Position numbers and translations under genes: made by a program. A stretch of DNA of 64,000 nt from Camelus dromedarius (taxonomy: Eukaryota): positions 114,392,001 through 114,456,000 of the forward strand of contig NC_087436.1 in the NCBI RefSeq assembly GCF_036321535.1, given 5' to 3'. This document shows, piece by piece, positions 62,390 to 64,000 of this stretch. The notes beneath the pieces were generated by a model. It did no database searches, was not told where the DNA came from, and worked only from the letters and a program-made list of their open reading frames with translations. Position 1 is the first letter of the stretch, and each line of letters opens with the position of its first letter.

Positions 62390-63500
62390 AGGACGAGGCG
62401 CGTTGGGCGAGTTTAGAATAAGCAGCTCTACCTATGGTTCGCATTAGAAATGTCTACGGATCTCGACTGCCCGGTGAAACCGGAGCAAGAGCGTCAGGCT
62501 TAAACACCACCGTGGCTGGAACCCGGCCCGAGTCTCGCTCCCGGGCCCCGGCCGGCTCCGAGCTGGCGCCCAGACGGCCCTCAGGCCCCGGGAGTCGCGC
62601 GAGCCGAACGCCCGGCCGCCCTGGACTCCAGACCCAGGCGCCAGCGGAGAGCCCGCCGCCCGCCCGCTTCTCGGTGCCGCTCGGCTTCTCACCGCCGCTT
62701 CCTTCGCAGCCCGGCCTAGCGAGGGCGCCCGCGCTTGGCGGCGGCGGGAAATGACCCCTCCCGGCCCCCGTCGCCGGACTTGGTTGCTATTGTCGCCGCC
62801 TTTTCCTCCCTTCCCCCGGTTCCCTTTCACTTCCGGGGTTGCTCCGGATCCGCTGGTTCCGTAACAACATCCCGTTGGCTTCCCTCAGGCGGCGGGACCG
62901 GTGCAGCCGCCGCCTCCCAGGAGTGCCCGCCCGCCCGGGCCCGCGCCCTCCCCGGCCCAGGCCGCCATGGCCACCAACCCGCAGCCGCAGCCGCCGCCTC
63001 CCGCGCCGCCGCCTCCTCCGCCGCAGCCGCAGCCGCCGCCGCCGCCTCCCGGCCCCGGGGCTGGCCCGGGCGCGGGCGGGGCGGGCGGCGCGGGAGCCGG
63101 CGCCGGGGACCCGCAACTCGTGGCCATGATCGTGAACCACCTCAAGAGCCAGGGGCTCTTCGACCAGTTCCGCAGGGACTGCCTGGCCGACGTGGACACC
63201 AAGGTTCGGGGCGCGCGGGGGCCGCGGGCGTGCGGGGACCGGGGACGACCTGTGTCGGTCTCCCGCGTGTGTCGATGGGCCGGCGGCGCCTCAGCTTCCC
63301 CAGCCGGGGCCCCTCTGGAGCGCGCCTCTCACCGAGTTGCCTGTGCAGCCGCTTCCTCTTTGAGCTGCTGCTCGGTGCCCGGCTCTGTGCGAGGCGCGCT
63401 GCTCTCATTCATTCGCCTGTCGTTCCGTTTGCGTAGCAGACGAGCTTAGTTAAGCACCTATTACGTGCCGGGCACTGCTTAGGTGCCGGGAATATAGAAA
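62390..63500. promoter_or_regulatory. CpG island / TATA-less promoter of BOD1L1
   Basis: Abrupt rise in GC and CpG density against the CpG-depleted rest of the window. Contains E2F GGCGGGAAA (62743-62751), ETS CACTTCCGG (62828-62836) and RFX-like half sites, and overlaps exon 1. Confidence 0.92.
62967..63203 (+). CDS. BOD1L1: BOD1L1 (biorientation of chromosomes in cell division 1-like 1) first coding exon, 79 codons, phase 0; gene continues beyond the window
   Basis: Perfect Kozak gccgccATGG at 62967. Translation [79 protein letters not shown] matches the BOD1L1 N-terminus (Pro/Gly-rich leader, then start of the BOD1/Shg1-like domain). Splice donor AAG|GTTCGG at 63203/63204. Confidence 0.96.
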
Positions 63501-63520
63501 GACGAAGTCATTGTTCTTTT
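63403..63520 (-). mobile_element. L2 3'-end relic at the CpG-island edge
   Basis: tcattcattc...ttaagcacctattacgtgccgggcactgcttaggtgccgggaatatag. Confidence 0.65.
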
Positions 63521-63590
63521 GGAGACTCGTTTGGAAACACTAACGCTAACAGAGCTGTCATTTCTGATTATTTTTACCCCCGGTACATTC

Positions 63591-63797
63591 TATCCAAATT
63601 ATTTTTGCCTCCCCTCTTGAAGATTTCTGGTAAGGGTCATGCCTTTGTACTTCGGACAGATTTCTAAGTGGTAATGAATCAAATTATTTGCTTTGTAGCC
63701 AAGTCATTTTTGCCTCCTCTCAGGAAGATTTCTGGTAAGGGTCATGTGTTTGCCCTTTGGAGAGGTTAAGCGGTAATGAATCAAACTGTTTGCAGTG
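63591..63797. repeat. Diverged tandem duplication, ~105-bp period, 2 copies
   Basis: Both units carry atttttgcctcc, gaagatttctggtaagggtcatg and ggtaatgaatcaaa. Confidence 0.93.
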
Positions 63798-64000
63798 TGT
63801 GTTACTGGACATTGTGAGGGCTGCAAAGGTAAGGAGGCAGAGCTGGACGGTGAAAAGGTGGGCTGGGGAGATCAGGACTTTTGTTTCTACCAGTGACTCT
63901 GACTTAGGTAGCTTAGACCAAGTCACTTCTCTGAAGTGAGAAGGGAGAGGAAGTGGGGTGAGGGGTGAGAAGAGAGAACTGAGGAAAGGATGGACGAGAG

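Larger units (their letters stand above)
63204..64000 (+). other. BOD1L1: BOD1L1 intron 1 (5' part)
   Basis: GT follows the codon for ...DTK; protein similarity stops there; G-runs immediately downstream. Confidence 0.88.

Noticed and set aside
62600..62700. microRNA hairpin upstream of BOD1L1 (a human miRNA is, from memory, annotated near this promoter)
   Set aside because: I cannot identify a convincing hairpin or mature sequence; GC-rich DNA folds non-specifically.
62901..62966. N-terminal extension of BOD1L1 from the GTG in the ORF track
   Set aside because: The ATG at 62967 has a perfect Kozak context and gives the known MATNPQ start.
62434..63436. Long overlapping ORFs in the CpG island (233 aa +, 128/117/105 aa -, etc.)
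   Set aside because: GC-rich, stop-poor sequence and shadow frames of the BOD1L1 Pro/Gly repeat; non-ATG or weak starts and no recognisable domain.
63591..63797. CRISPR-like repeat-spacer pattern
   Set aside because: Only two units, the intervening segments are homologous to each other, the context is mammalian and there are no cas genes.

Overview
Mammalian genomic DNA, most likely camelid (inferred from two tRNA-derived SINEs of the camelid vic-1 type and no visible Bov-tA, Bov-B, PRE-1 or Alu). About 62 kb is gene-free intergenic DNA rich in interspersed repeats: L1 3' fragments with target-site duplications (TSDs), L2, MIR, MaLR/ERVL/ERV1 solo LTRs, hAT and Tigger MITEs, and microsatellites. 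The last ~1.6 kb holds a CpG island, the promoter and first coding exon of BOD1L1 (+ strand, ATG 62967, donor after 63203) and the start of intron 1. All other ORFs in the track are chance ORFs or L1 ORF2 remnants. I see no CRISPR array, operon or new protein-coding system. The most interesting signals are modest: four ERV1 solo LTRs 4-8 kb upstream of BOD1L1 (one young, with a duplicated terminus), two L1-on-L1 junctions at homologous positions, a (TA)n-associated micro-inversion, a 105-bp intronic tandem duplication, and repeat-free HOX/PBX motif clusters that may be distal enhancers. Repeat subfamily names come from recalled consensus sequences, not a database search.
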